From positions 1-42,045 of the forward strand of contig JBQTHX010000039.1 in the NCBI GenBank assembly GCA_052389415.1: 42,045 nt of DNA, in the 5' to 3' direction. Origin of the DNA: Nitrosopumilaceae archaeon. Lineage in GTDB: Archaea; Thermoproteota; Nitrososphaeria; Nitrososphaerales; Nitrosopumilaceae. Every line of letters begins with the position of its first letter. Within the stretch, counting starts at the first letter, position 1. The notes beneath the pieces are model-generated. The model worked only from the letters and a program-made list of their open reading frames with translations. It was not told the DNA's origin and searched no databases. A program made the translations under genes and the position numbers. Shown here piece after piece: positions 17,918-26,458 of the stretch.

Positions 17918-18690
17918 ATCTTTATCACTTCAAGATCTCTAGACTCCACAAAGTCTAATACTTTCTGTTTATGTTTTCCTAGACCACTCCAATCTAAAAG
18001 TGCAATCTTTGCTTCGTTATTCCGCTTTAGAATATGGGAGAAAAGTTTTTGATCTAAAAATTCCAAGGCGTGTTTTGGCATAATAGTTCCAAGAGCATAC
18101 TTGTCTTCTAATAATACTTTTGTGAACTTTTCTGGATAATGAGTACCTCCAAAGCAAATGGCTACAATGTTTCTTTTTGTTTGATTTGACATTACATCTA
18201 TGACGATCTTTGCAATATTCTTACATAATTCTTTATCGTTCCACTCTTTTTCAGTTGTCCCGATTTCAATAAATAAAACGGGTTTATCAAGTGCAGTAGG
18301 TCCATGATGAGTAGCCTCTAACGTGATTTCAAAGTTAGCGAAGTCTTTTCTTTTTTTCCACAGAGTTTGCAAATACGCTTTTTGTAGATGCGGATGTGGT
18401 ATAGCTACTTGTTTCTTGAATCCACCAAAAAATGCATCTGAGAAATTTCCTGTACTGTGACAGGTGAGTGCCAGCTTGTCTGTTTTAGCAGCGTGTTTTG
18501 ATAAAAATACAAATCCATCATAGTTGTATTTTTCTTCAAGCCAGTCTGCTGATATTGATGGGGTAGAGATTATCACAAGATCAAAATTTTTTCCGCGGTA
18601 GATTTCTTTATCCTGTTTCATATTTTTTGAAATAAAACTGGCCATATTATAGGCCGCAGGATCTGACCTGAAAGCAACAAGCAGCTGCAT
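17914..18690 (-). CDS. dtdA: D-aminoacyl-tRNA deacylase (archaeal DTD2/GEK1)
   Basis: DPAAYNM, FLSKH, LTCHSTGNF, EATHHGPT, FIEIG, GGTHYP. True start ATG18690 (MQLLVAF); the longer ORF call overlaps secE. Confidence 0.93.
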   Translation of the reverse strand: MQLLVAFRSDPAAYNMASFISKNMKQDKEIYRGKNFDLVIISTPSISADWLEEKYNYDGFVFLSKHAAKTDKLALTCHSTGNFSDAFFGGFKKQVAIPHPHLQKAYLQTLWKKRKDFANFEITLEATHHGPTALDKPVLFIEIGTTEKEWNDKELCKNIAKIVIDVMSNQTKRNIVAICFGGTHYPEKFTKVLLEDKYALGTIMPKHALEFLDQKLFSHILKRNNEAKIALLDWSGLGKHKQKVLDFVESRDLEVIKI

Positions 18691-18730
18691 GTGACAAGAG
18701 ATATAAGTACACTTTATTAATTTCCTCCCA

Positions 18731-18907
18731 ATGGGCAATCCAAGACAAATGTTAAGGGACATGGCAAACACATTAAAACTTGCTAAAAAATCAGACAAGG
18801 AAGATTATACACAGCATCTCAGATTGGTGCTTCTTGGGATTGGTGCCATTGGAACAATTGGATTTATTATTCAGTTCGTGTTTACAGTGATTACTTTTGG
18901 GATATAG
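18731..18907 (+). CDS. secE: Protein translocase SecE/Sec61 gamma (58 aa)
   Basis: Manual translation MGNPRQMLRDMANTLKLAKKSDKEDYTQHLRLVLLGIGAIGTIGFIIQFVFTVITFGI: amphipathic helix + 'LKLAKKS..E.Y' + TM 'IGFII'. Directly upstream of spt5. Confidence 0.93.
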   Translation: MGNPRQMLRDMANTLKLAKKSDKEDYTQHLRLVLLGIGAIGTIGFIIQFVFTVITFGI

Positions 18908-19363
18908 ATGACATTGAGTCAAGAAAAATCTCATTTCTTTGCAGTCAGGACTACAGGAGGACAAGAGAAGGTAGTCATGGGATTATTAGAAAATAGGATA
19001 AAATTAAAAAAACTCAACATACAATCGGTCTTACTTCTAGAAAATCTCAAGGGATATGTTGTAGTTGAAGCAATAGATGCAAATGCGGCATTTGATGCAC
19101 TGCAAGGAATCAGACACATACGTGGACAACTAAGAGGAGAATTGCAGTTTAAAGATATTGAAGGGTATTTAGTGAAAAAATCGACTGTATCAGAACTTGC
19201 TGTTGATAAAATTGTAGAAATAATAGGCGGGCCATTTAAGGGCATGAAAGCAACCATCACTAGGGTTGATCATGATAAAGAGGAAGCAACCGTGATTTTA
19301 CTTGATGCCCCATACCAGCTGCCAGTAACTGTCGATGCAAATTATCTAAAACTTTCAACGTAG
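18908..19363 (+). CDS. spt5: Transcription elongation factor Spt5/NusG
   Basis: FAVRTTGGQE, LKGYVVVEA, KOW motif VEIIGGPFKG. Confidence 0.96.
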   Translation: MTLSQEKSHFFAVRTTGGQEKVVMGLLENRIKLKKLNIQSVLLLENLKGYVVVEAIDANAAFDALQGIRHIRGQLRGELQFKDIEGYLVKKSTVSELAVDKIVEIIGGPFKGMKATITRVDHDKEEATVILLDAPYQLPVTVDANYLKLST

Positions 19364-19400
19364 CAAGGATTAAATTTACAGTGTAGAGGAAAGAAAATTC

Positions 19401-19883
19401 ATGGCAGACATTCAAACTGTTTCTGCACTCGTAACTGGTGGGCAGGCAAATGCAGGACCCCCACTAGGCCCATCATTGGGTCCCTTAGGGGTAAATATTT
19501 TGCAAATTGTGACTGCAATTAATGAAAAGACGAAAGATTTTGAGGGAATGAAAGTCCCAATAACAGTATCGGTTGACAAAGGAACAAAACAATGGACTGT
19601 AGAGGTTGGAATTCCTTCTGCTGCAGCACTTATTTTGAAAGAGGCAGGATTACAGAAAGGTTCTGGAACGTCAGGTGCAACATGGGTAGGTACAATCAAT
19701 ATGGATTCCATAGTGAAAGTTGCAAAATTAAAAATTGATTCATCCTATGCTCAGAACATCAAATCAGCTGCAAAGGAAATTGTTGGAACTTGCTTGCCAT
19801 TAGGAGTAAAAATAGATGGCAAAAACCCAAAAGAGGTTACTGCAGAAATTAACGCAGGCAAGTGGGACGACAAACTAAAGTAG
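19401..19883 (+). CDS. rpl11: 50S ribosomal protein uL11
   Basis: GGQANAGPPLGPSLGPLG, GMKVP, EIVGTC..LGV. Confidence 0.97.
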   Translation: MADIQTVSALVTGGQANAGPPLGPSLGPLGVNILQIVTAINEKTKDFEGMKVPITVSVDKGTKQWTVEVGIPSAAALILKEAGLQKGSGTSGATWVGTINMDSIVKVAKLKIDSSYAQNIKSAAKEIVGTCLPLGVKIDGKNPKEVTAEINAGKWDDKLK

Positions 19884-19886
19884 TTT

Positions 19887-20342
19887 TTATTCTGAAGTGT
19901 AAACTGGATCTTTTTCAGTTCGTTGTAATTCTACAAAAGTTTCTGTATTTTGGATTCCCTCGATTCTTCCTATTTTTTCAATCGCCACGGTGTGTAATTC
20001 TTCCAAGTTTCTAGCACGCACTGTAATAACAATGTCGAATCTGCCTGTTACTTCAGATATCATTGAGACCTCAGGCGTTTTCAATAGTGCTTTATGAATT
20101 TGATCTTTTAGTTTTGGATCTCGATTTATTCCCATCGTAGCTCTTACTCCTACTCCTAAAAGTGATTCATCTACTACTACTGTAAATTTTTTTATCAGTT
20201 TCTTTTTGGTTAGTCTCTTTATTCTACTATACAAAACTGAAGTATTAATTCCGAGCTTTTTTGATAGATTCGGAACCGAGACATTCCCATCCTTAGTTAA
20301 TTCAGTAAGAATTTTCATGTCGAGGTCATCAAATTTATGCAA
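19887..20342 (-). CDS. Lrp/AsnC family transcriptional regulator
   Basis: DDLDMKILTEL..DG HTH, RIKRL, RAM domain 'EVTGRFDIVI', 'GIQNTET'. Confidence 0.92.
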   Translation of the reverse strand: MHKFDDLDMKILTELTKDGNVSVPNLSKKLGINTSVLYSRIKRLTKKKLIKKFTVVVDESLLGVGVRATMGINRDPKLKDQIHKALLKTPEVSMISEVTGRFDIVITVRARNLEELHTVAIEKIGRIEGIQNTETFVELQRTEKDPVYTSE

Positions 20343-20510
20343 GGCTTTGCGATTTAGCTTCCTTACGATTTAATAAATGTAAGTTTCACGTTTAGATAAT
20401 TTCGTTCTTACAAGACAAACTCTATAATATGAAAATTTTATACAAAGCCAAATTTTTGTGGTCTGCATCGGTAAACGATTTTAAATAGGCAATCCAGAAA
20501 AATGTGCGTA

Positions 20511-21167
20511 ATGATTAACGAAAGTCAGATAACAGAAATGATCAAGGAGGCCAAGACAGGTCAGAAACAACGAAAGTTCAAACAATCAGTAGAGTTGATC
20601 ATGGTTTTCAAAGATATTGATGTCAAGAAGGGTTTTGCTATCAATGAAACTGTCCAACTTCCAAAGAAACTCAGTCAACCAGCGTCTGTATGCGTAGTAG
20701 CCTCTGGAGATCTAGGTTTGAAAGCCAAGAGTGCAAATGCCGACAGAGTAGTAGATGGAGCTGAGATAAATCAAGTTGGTGCAAACAAGCGAGCATCGCG
20801 TAAGCTAATCAACGGTTATGACTTTTTCTTATCAGATACCCAACTCATGGCCACAGTTGGTAAGACTCTTGGTCAATTTATGGGCCCGAGGGGCAAGATG
20901 CCAACACCAGTTCCGTTTAATGCGCCGATCGATTCTATTTTAGAAAGATTCCGATCTTCAATAAGAGTTAGACTTAGGAATTCTCTTTCACTTGCATGTA
21001 AGATTGGGGATGAATCTATGAGCGATGGAGATTTAGCAGCAAATGCTCATGCAGTAATTAATATTGTAGAGAAAAAGTTGCCAAGCGGAGACAAGAACAT
21101 TAAAAAGATTATGATAAAGACAACGATGGGAAAGTTAGTTAAACCATCACAAGGAGAAAAGAAGTAA
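20511..21167 (+). CDS. rpl1: 50S ribosomal protein uL1
   Basis: RKFKQSVEL, YDFFL, LGQFMGPRGKMPTP, IKTTMG. ATG20511 is favoured by TATA spacing. Confidence 0.96.
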   Translation: MINESQITEMIKEAKTGQKQRKFKQSVELIMVFKDIDVKKGFAINETVQLPKKLSQPASVCVVASGDLGLKAKSANADRVVDGAEINQVGANKRASRKLINGYDFFLSDTQLMATVGKTLGQFMGPRGKMPTPVPFNAPIDSILERFRSSIRVRLRNSLSLACKIGDESMSDGDLAANAHAVINIVEKKLPSGDKNIKKIMIKTTMGKLVKPSQGEKK

Positions 21168-21168
21168 G

Positions 21169-22035
21169 ATGCATCAAAATAGAACCAAATATCCACAAAA
21201 GAAAGTTCAGATGTATCAACAAATTCAAGAGATTCCAAAAAAGTATAATGTTATTGCTCTTGTCAGGATGGAAAAGGTAAGATCATCACAGTTATTGCCT
21301 TTGAGAAAAAAATTCAAGGGCGAAGTAGAGATTATCAGCATAAAGGATAAGGTTGCACAAAAGGCATTGGCAGGAATAAAGATTCCAGGAATAGAAAAGT
21401 TGGCAGAAAAGTTAGTGGGGCAATGTGTTTTGATGTTTACCAATATGAGTCCGTTCAAACTAAACATATTGCTTGGAAAAAACAAGATAATGATGGCTGC
21501 TCGTGGTGGAGATATAGCAAGTAAAGAAGTGATTATCAAAGCAGGCAATACAGGTATAACACCGGGACCAATCCTTACTGATTTTAAAGAGGCAGGAGTA
21601 GCCACTAAGATAGATCAGGGAACGATTTGGATCACAAAAGATTCAACTGCGGCTAAGAAGGGGGATGTTATTTCTGCAAAACTTGCAACTTTATTGAGCA
21701 AGCTTGATGTCAAGCCAGTAGAGGCAGGGATCTCTCTGGATTCTGCAGTAGCTGAAGGGATCATCTATGCAAAGGACGAGATGGTGATAGATGTAGAGAA
21801 GTATCGCAATGCATTTTCTCAAGCACATCAAGAAGCACTAGCCCTTTCTATTGAGACAGGATATGTTACAAAAGAAAATATTAAATTATTACTTGCAAAG
21901 GGAGCTCAAGGAGCAAGAGCAATCTCAGTAGAAAGCGGATATCTTGCAGACGAAACAAAAGAACAAGTCTTGCAAAGAGCTCATGCACAAGCAAAAGCGC
22001 TTGCGTCGAGAGCAAAAAACTATACTGCTGAATAA
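21169..22035 (+). CDS. rpl10: 50S ribosomal protein uL10 (P0)
   Basis: ARGGDIA, AGNTGITPGP, LLSKLDVKP; follows rpl1. Confidence 0.96.
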   Translation: MHQNRTKYPQKKVQMYQQIQEIPKKYNVIALVRMEKVRSSQLLPLRKKFKGEVEIISIKDKVAQKALAGIKIPGIEKLAEKLVGQCVLMFTNMSPFKLNILLGKNKIMMAARGGDIASKEVIIKAGNTGITPGPILTDFKEAGVATKIDQGTIWITKDSTAAKKGDVISAKLATLLSKLDVKPVEAGISLDSAVAEGIIYAKDEMVIDVEKYRNAFSQAHQEALALSIETGYVTKENIKLLLAKGAQGARAISVESGYLADETKEQVLQRAHAQAKALASRAKNYTAE

Positions 22036-22063
22036 ATCAGACACTAAAAGTTAGTAAATTAAT

Positions 22064-22702
22064 TTATGATTTTTCTTTTGCTTTTGGAAGATTCCAATTA
22101 TAACGCATGGCCATAAGCCTAAGGGTTGTGGTAACTGAAATGCCAATTATTGTGGATGTATAGAATTCATTGATCACGTTCAAGAGAATGTAGAAGAACA
22201 AAATTCCAATAAAACTTGCAGAAGCATACAATTCCTTAACAAATACAATTGGCATTTCATTAACAAATACATCTCTTAGTATACCTCCCCCCACAGCAGT
22301 AAGCATTCCAGCTAATGCCATCGCAAGAAAATTCAAACCAAATACATGATATGCGAATGTGGCTCCAATGATGGTAAACACACCAAGCCCCAAGGCATCA
22401 AACTTGAGAAATAGATTCCAATGTTTGTGGATTTTTGAGTATAAGAGAAATATTATGAACCCTGTTGACGCGGTGATAATTACATACCAAGGATCAGAAA
22501 GAGAGCTAGGCGGGAACTTGCCTATAATAATATCTCGAATAGTGCCACCTGCGACTCCCGTCATCGTTGCAAGAATTATTATTCCAACAATATCAGATTT
22601 ATGTTCAATAGCTTTGAATGCTCCTGTTACAGCAAATGCCATTGTTCCAAAAAGATCTAAAGCATAAAGAAGCGTCTCTAAGGACAGTGATAACTCTACC
22701 AA
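22064..22702 (-). CDS. TRIC/UPF0126 family membrane protein
   Basis: Duplicated unit: GTMAFAVTGA...GGTIRD and DALGLGVF...GGGILRD; ELYA. Confidence 0.9.
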   Translation of the reverse strand: MVELSLSLETLLYALDLFGTMAFAVTGAFKAIEHKSDIVGIIILATMTGVAGGTIRDIIIGKFPPSSLSDPWYVIITASTGFIIFLLYSKIHKHWNLFLKFDALGLGVFTIIGATFAYHVFGLNFLAMALAGMLTAVGGGILRDVFVNEMPIVFVKELYASASFIGILFFYILLNVINEFYTSTIIGISVTTTLRLMAMRYNWNLPKAKEKS

Positions 22703-22772
22703 ATTATCATTTATTAGAACTCATAATAAATAATGTTTAAAAATAGAAATTTATGACATTTGGAAATTTGTT

Positions 22773-23075
22773 CTAGCCAAACAGTGCAGATAGGCCTTCC
22801 ATTGCCTGTTCTTCTGTTTTTGCAGAGGGTGTTTCGACTTCTTTTGACTTCTCTTCTTTTCCACCAGATGTTGGGGCTGCAGGTGCTGCTGCAACTGCTA
22901 CTGGCGCAGCTTTTATTGCCTCATCAATATTAACATCAGCAAGGGCAGCAACAAGTGCTTTCACTTGAGCCTCTTTAACTTCTGCTCCAGAAGCTTTGAT
23001 TACATTTGTAATGTTAGCTTCGGTTATCTCCTTTTTCTGTTTATGTAAAAGTAATGCCGCGTATACGTATTCCAT
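22773..23075 (-). CDS. rpl12: 50S ribosomal stalk protein P1 (L12)
   Basis: [11 protein letters not shown], Ala-rich hinge, GLSALFG C-terminus. Confidence 0.97.
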   Translation of the reverse strand: MEYVYAALLLHKQKKEITEANITNVIKASGAEVKEAQVKALVAALADVNIDEAIKAAPVAVAAAPAAPTSGGKEEKSKEVETPSAKTEEQAMEGLSALFG

Positions 23076-23162
23076 TGTAAGCGAGTTTTGCTATAGGCAT
23101 AATATAAAACTATGGAAGATAGAATGAATCAAACTCGACTGACAGATTACTCTCAGATCTTC

Positions 23163-23669
23163 TCAGTTGAGAATCTTTAAGCTCCTGCATATAGAATAAA
23201 GATATTTTTTTAAGTCTTTATCATATAATGTATCCATTCTTTGTTTTAAAATTCTCTTTGCCTGTTCCTTTTCAGAGCCGTCAGAAAGAGAAAGCACATT
23301 ATTTATCAACTCAGGAAGCGATTCTCTGACCCACCCATCAATTACTGCATATATTTTCTTGTGTATCTTTACCACACGATCTAAACTTAGATCTAATACT
23401 CCAGTAAAATTTTCAAATTCAACCCTATAAATCAAGGCAAATACATAATTCTCATAATTTGGATTTTTTAAAATCTCTGCAGACTTTGGGCCTGCCTTTC
23501 CTTGAGAAACTTTATTTTTTAAACCAACAGGATTTATTATTATACCGTTTACCCCTATTTTTGAACCCTCTACGCCTGTTGCAATGCCAACTATTACTTT
23601 AGTGTATTCTCCGTCTGGCTGTATTGCAAATACATAATCGCCTTCTCTCCAAGTCTTTTTCCCAAACAT
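23163..23669 (-). CDS. Hypothetical protein
   Basis: 168-aa ATG ORF filling the rpl12-alaS gap, with a TATA-like element about 25 nt upstream; no motif recognised. Confidence 0.75.
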   Translation of the reverse strand: MFGKKTWREGDYVFAIQPDGEYTKVIVGIATGVEGSKIGVNGIIINPVGLKNKVSQGKAGPKSAEILKNPNYENYVFALIYRVEFENFTGVLDLSLDRVVKIHKKIYAVIDGWVRESLPELINNVLSLSDGSEKEQAKRILKQRMDTLYDKDLKKYLYSICRSLKILN

Positions 23670-23748
23670 AACAAATTTTCAAAAATGATCATATTTAATT
23701 TGTTGCCTCAAAATACTTAATATCAGTCAAAGTAAAGGCCTCTCAAAG

Positions 23749-26454
23749 ATGGATAAAGAACAGATTCTCGCAAAGTTTTCTGCAGATCCCAACAGGTATT
23801 ACAAAGTATCATTATTTGAAAAAGAGGGATTTCAACGAAAATCTTGTTTAAAATGTCAGAGATTTTTTTGGACAATTGATAATGAGCAGAATCTTTGCCC
23901 AGAAGATGCTGAAAACAATTATTCATTTATAGGAAAACCACCAACAGGAAAAAGATTCGATTATGTTCAAGCATGGAAAGAGGTAGAATCGTTTTTTGTG
24001 CAAAATGGTCACAGGTCAGTAAGCAGATATCCAGTGGTATGCAGGTGGCGCGATGATCTGTATTTTACAATCGCATCAATAGTAGACTTTCAGCGAGTTA
24101 TGGGTTCAAAAGTTATTTTTGAATTCCCCGCAAATCCACTAATTGTACCACAAACCTGCCTTAGATTCAAGGACATTGAAAATGTAGGCGTCACTGGTAG
24201 ACATTTTTCTAGCTTTTGTATGATTGGCCAACACAGCATACCAAACTCGGAGGGATATTGGAAAGACAAATGCATGGAACTAGATTTTAGACTTTTAACT
24301 GAAAGATTTGGAATTGATAAAAAAGAAATAGTGTTTGTAGAGGACGTTTGGGCAGGTGGGGGTTCATTTGGATCTTCATTGGAATATTTTGTACGAGGGC
24401 TTGAGCTTGGAAATGCAGTATTTACGGAATTTCAAGGAGATTTGACAAATTATTCAGTGTTAGAACAAAAGATAATAGACATGGGAGCTGGACTGGAGAG
24501 ATTTGCTTGGATAACTATGGGAACTCCAACTGCATACGATTGTTGTTTTGGTCCTATAATAAATAATTTAATAAAAAGAGTTGGCATAGAAACGGATCCT
24601 AAGATATTGTCGTCATATTTTACTGCAGTATCAAAAGAATTGGGAAAACATAATGATTTAACACAAGTTAGAAAGAGTGCATTAAAACAAACAGGGATAG
24701 ACGACACAATATTCAACAAGATGATAGTCCCTCTTGAAGGAGTATACCTGATTGCAGATCATCTAAGAACTTTAGTGTTTGCAATTTCCGATGGAGCTCT
24801 TCCAAGTAATGTAGGCGGCGGTTACAACCTGAGAATGATCTTGAGAAGAGTGGTTGCCACTATGGACAGACTCGGTTGGAATTTTGATCTGAGAGAATTA
24901 GCAGATATGCATATTGATTATTTGAAATTAACTTATCCCGAGCTTCAGGAAACTCGGGAGGATGTAAAAACAATCATAGGAATAGAAAGAGAAAGATATG
25001 CAGAATCAAAAACTAGAATGAAAAGTATAGCAAATACAATGAAAACACAAAAGAAAAAATTAACAGTAGATGACCTGATAAGACTATACGAATCTGATGG
25101 TATCACTCCAGATTTTCTAAAAGAAGCAGAGATAATTTCAGAAATCCCATCTACTTTTTACGAGAGGTTGTCAGATTTGCATCAATCGGAAAAAATTGAA
25201 AAGAAACAAATTCTGAATATTGAGGGAATTCCAGATACCACACCACTGTACTATAATGAAGATCCTATGGAATTTGAAGCAAAAGTTCTCAAGGTTATTG
25301 ATAAAAAATTAGTTATTTTGGATAAAACATCATTTTACCCAAGAGGAGGTGGTCAAGAACCTGATCATGGTAAGATTGGGGACTACGATGTAATAGATGT
25401 AAATAAACATGGGAATGTGATTGTGCACGAGTTGAAAGGAGGAACCCTAGAAGAAGGTAAAGTGGTAAAGTGTAGAATTGATAATGTCCGTCGTAATGGT
25501 GTGACAAGAAATCACTCTAGCACGCATGTATTAAATGCATCAGCAAGGAACACCTTAGGCTCATGGATATGGCAACATTCTGCATTTAAGGAAAGAGATT
25601 ACGGTAGACTAGACATAACACACCATTCAACCCTAACAGAGGATGAGATTGTTGAGATAGAAAGTTTTGCAAATCAGACCATCAGAAAAAATCTACCAAT
25701 TTTAATCAAAGAATATGAGAGAGGTGAGGCTGAACAAAAGTTTGGATTCAGGATATACCAAGGAGGTGTAGTCCCAGTCAAATCAGTCAGAATCGTAAAC
25801 ATCGATGGTTTAGATATAGAAGCATGTGGTGGAACTCATGTAAAGAAAACGGGAGAGATTGGGTTGATAAAGATAACAAAATCAGAAAGAATTCAAGACG
25901 GGGTAGTAAGATTAGAGTTTGTTTCAGGGGAAGCAGCTGTAAAGTACACACAGGAACAAGATAGAAAAATTTCACAGATTGTGAAGTCTTTAGGTTCTAG
26001 TAAAGAGAAGATATTAGAATCATTTGAACATGTTATGACAGATGCTGACTCCTCCAAGAAAAAACTTAAACAACTTGTAAAACGAACTTCCACGTCAATT
26101 GCACAGGATGCAATTTCAAATGCAAAGGATTTGGGAAAAATAAAGATGTACTCAATTGTAGACGAAGATCTTGACGAAGAATTCCACATCGCAGTAGGTG
26201 AGCAAGTAATAAAACTTGATCCTAAAGTGATATACTGCGCTTTGGTTTTAAAAGATAATGGAATAAAGATAATCATATTTGCAGGTCCAGACGCAGCAAA
26301 GATAAAAAAAGCAGGAGATTTGGCAAAAGATGCTTCAATTATTCTAGGTGGCGCCGGAGGTGGCAATGATAGTTTTGGTCAAGGAGGTGGAAGGGATGCC
26401 TCAAGGATAAAAGATGCACTTTTGATTGTAGAACAATCAATTTTGGAAAAGTGA
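23749..26454 (+). CDS. alaS: Alanine--tRNA ligase (archaeal type)
   Basis: YPVVCRWRDDLY, NVGVTGRH, GLELGN, DHLRT, editing motifs HSSTH and CGGTH, C-Ala domain. Confidence 0.98.
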   Translation: MDKEQILAKFSADPNRYYKVSLFEKEGFQRKSCLKCQRFFWTIDNEQNLCPEDAENNYSFIGKPPTGKRFDYVQAWKEVESFFVQNGHRSVSRYPVVCRWRDDLYFTIASIVDFQRVMGSKVIFEFPANPLIVPQTCLRFKDIENVGVTGRHFSSFCMIGQHSIPNSEGYWKDKCMELDFRLLTERFGIDKKEIVFVEDVWAGGGSFGSSLEYFVRGLELGNAVFTEFQGDLTNYSVLEQKIIDMGAGLERFAWITMGTPTAYDCCFGPIINNLIKRVGIETDPKILSSYFTAVSKELGKHNDLTQVRKSALKQTGIDDTIFNKMIVPLEGVYLIADHLRTLVFAISDGALPSNVGGGYNLRMILRRVVATMDRLGWNFDLRELADMHIDYLKLTYPELQETREDVKTIIGIERERYAESKTRMKSIANTMKTQKKKLTVDDLIRLYESDGITPDFLKEAEIISEIPSTFYERLSDLHQSEKIEKKQILNIEGIPDTTPLYYNEDPMEFEAKVLKVIDKKLVILDKTSFYPRGGGQEPDHGKIGDYDVIDVNKHGNVIVHELKGGTLEEGKVVKCRIDNVRRNGVTRNHSSTHVLNASARNTLGSWIWQHSAFKERDYGRLDITHHSTLTEDEIVEIESFANQTIRKNLPILIKEYERGEAEQKFGFRIYQGGVVPVKSVRIVNIDGLDIEACGGTHVKKTGEIGLIKITKSERIQDGVVRLEFVSGEAAVKYTQEQDRKISQIVKSLGSSKEKILESFEHVMTDADSSKKKLKQLVKRTSTSIAQDAISNAKDLGKIKMYSIVDEDLDEEFHIAVGEQVIKLDPKVIYCALVLKDNGIKIIIFAGPDAAKIKKAGDLAKDASIILGGAGGGNDSFGQGGGRDASRIKDALLIVEQSILEK

Positions 26455-26458
26455 TTTT

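Noticed and set aside
18691-18798. N-terminal extension of the dtdA ORF in the supplied track
   Set aside because: Overlaps secE on the opposite strand and the promoter region; the family-like sequence begins at MQLLVAF (18690).
23836-23915. AlaRS N-terminal Zn-ribbon-like motif with only three Cys (CLKC...LCPED)
   Set aside because: Minor variation in a peripheral motif; no sign of functional loss since catalytic and editing motifs are intact.
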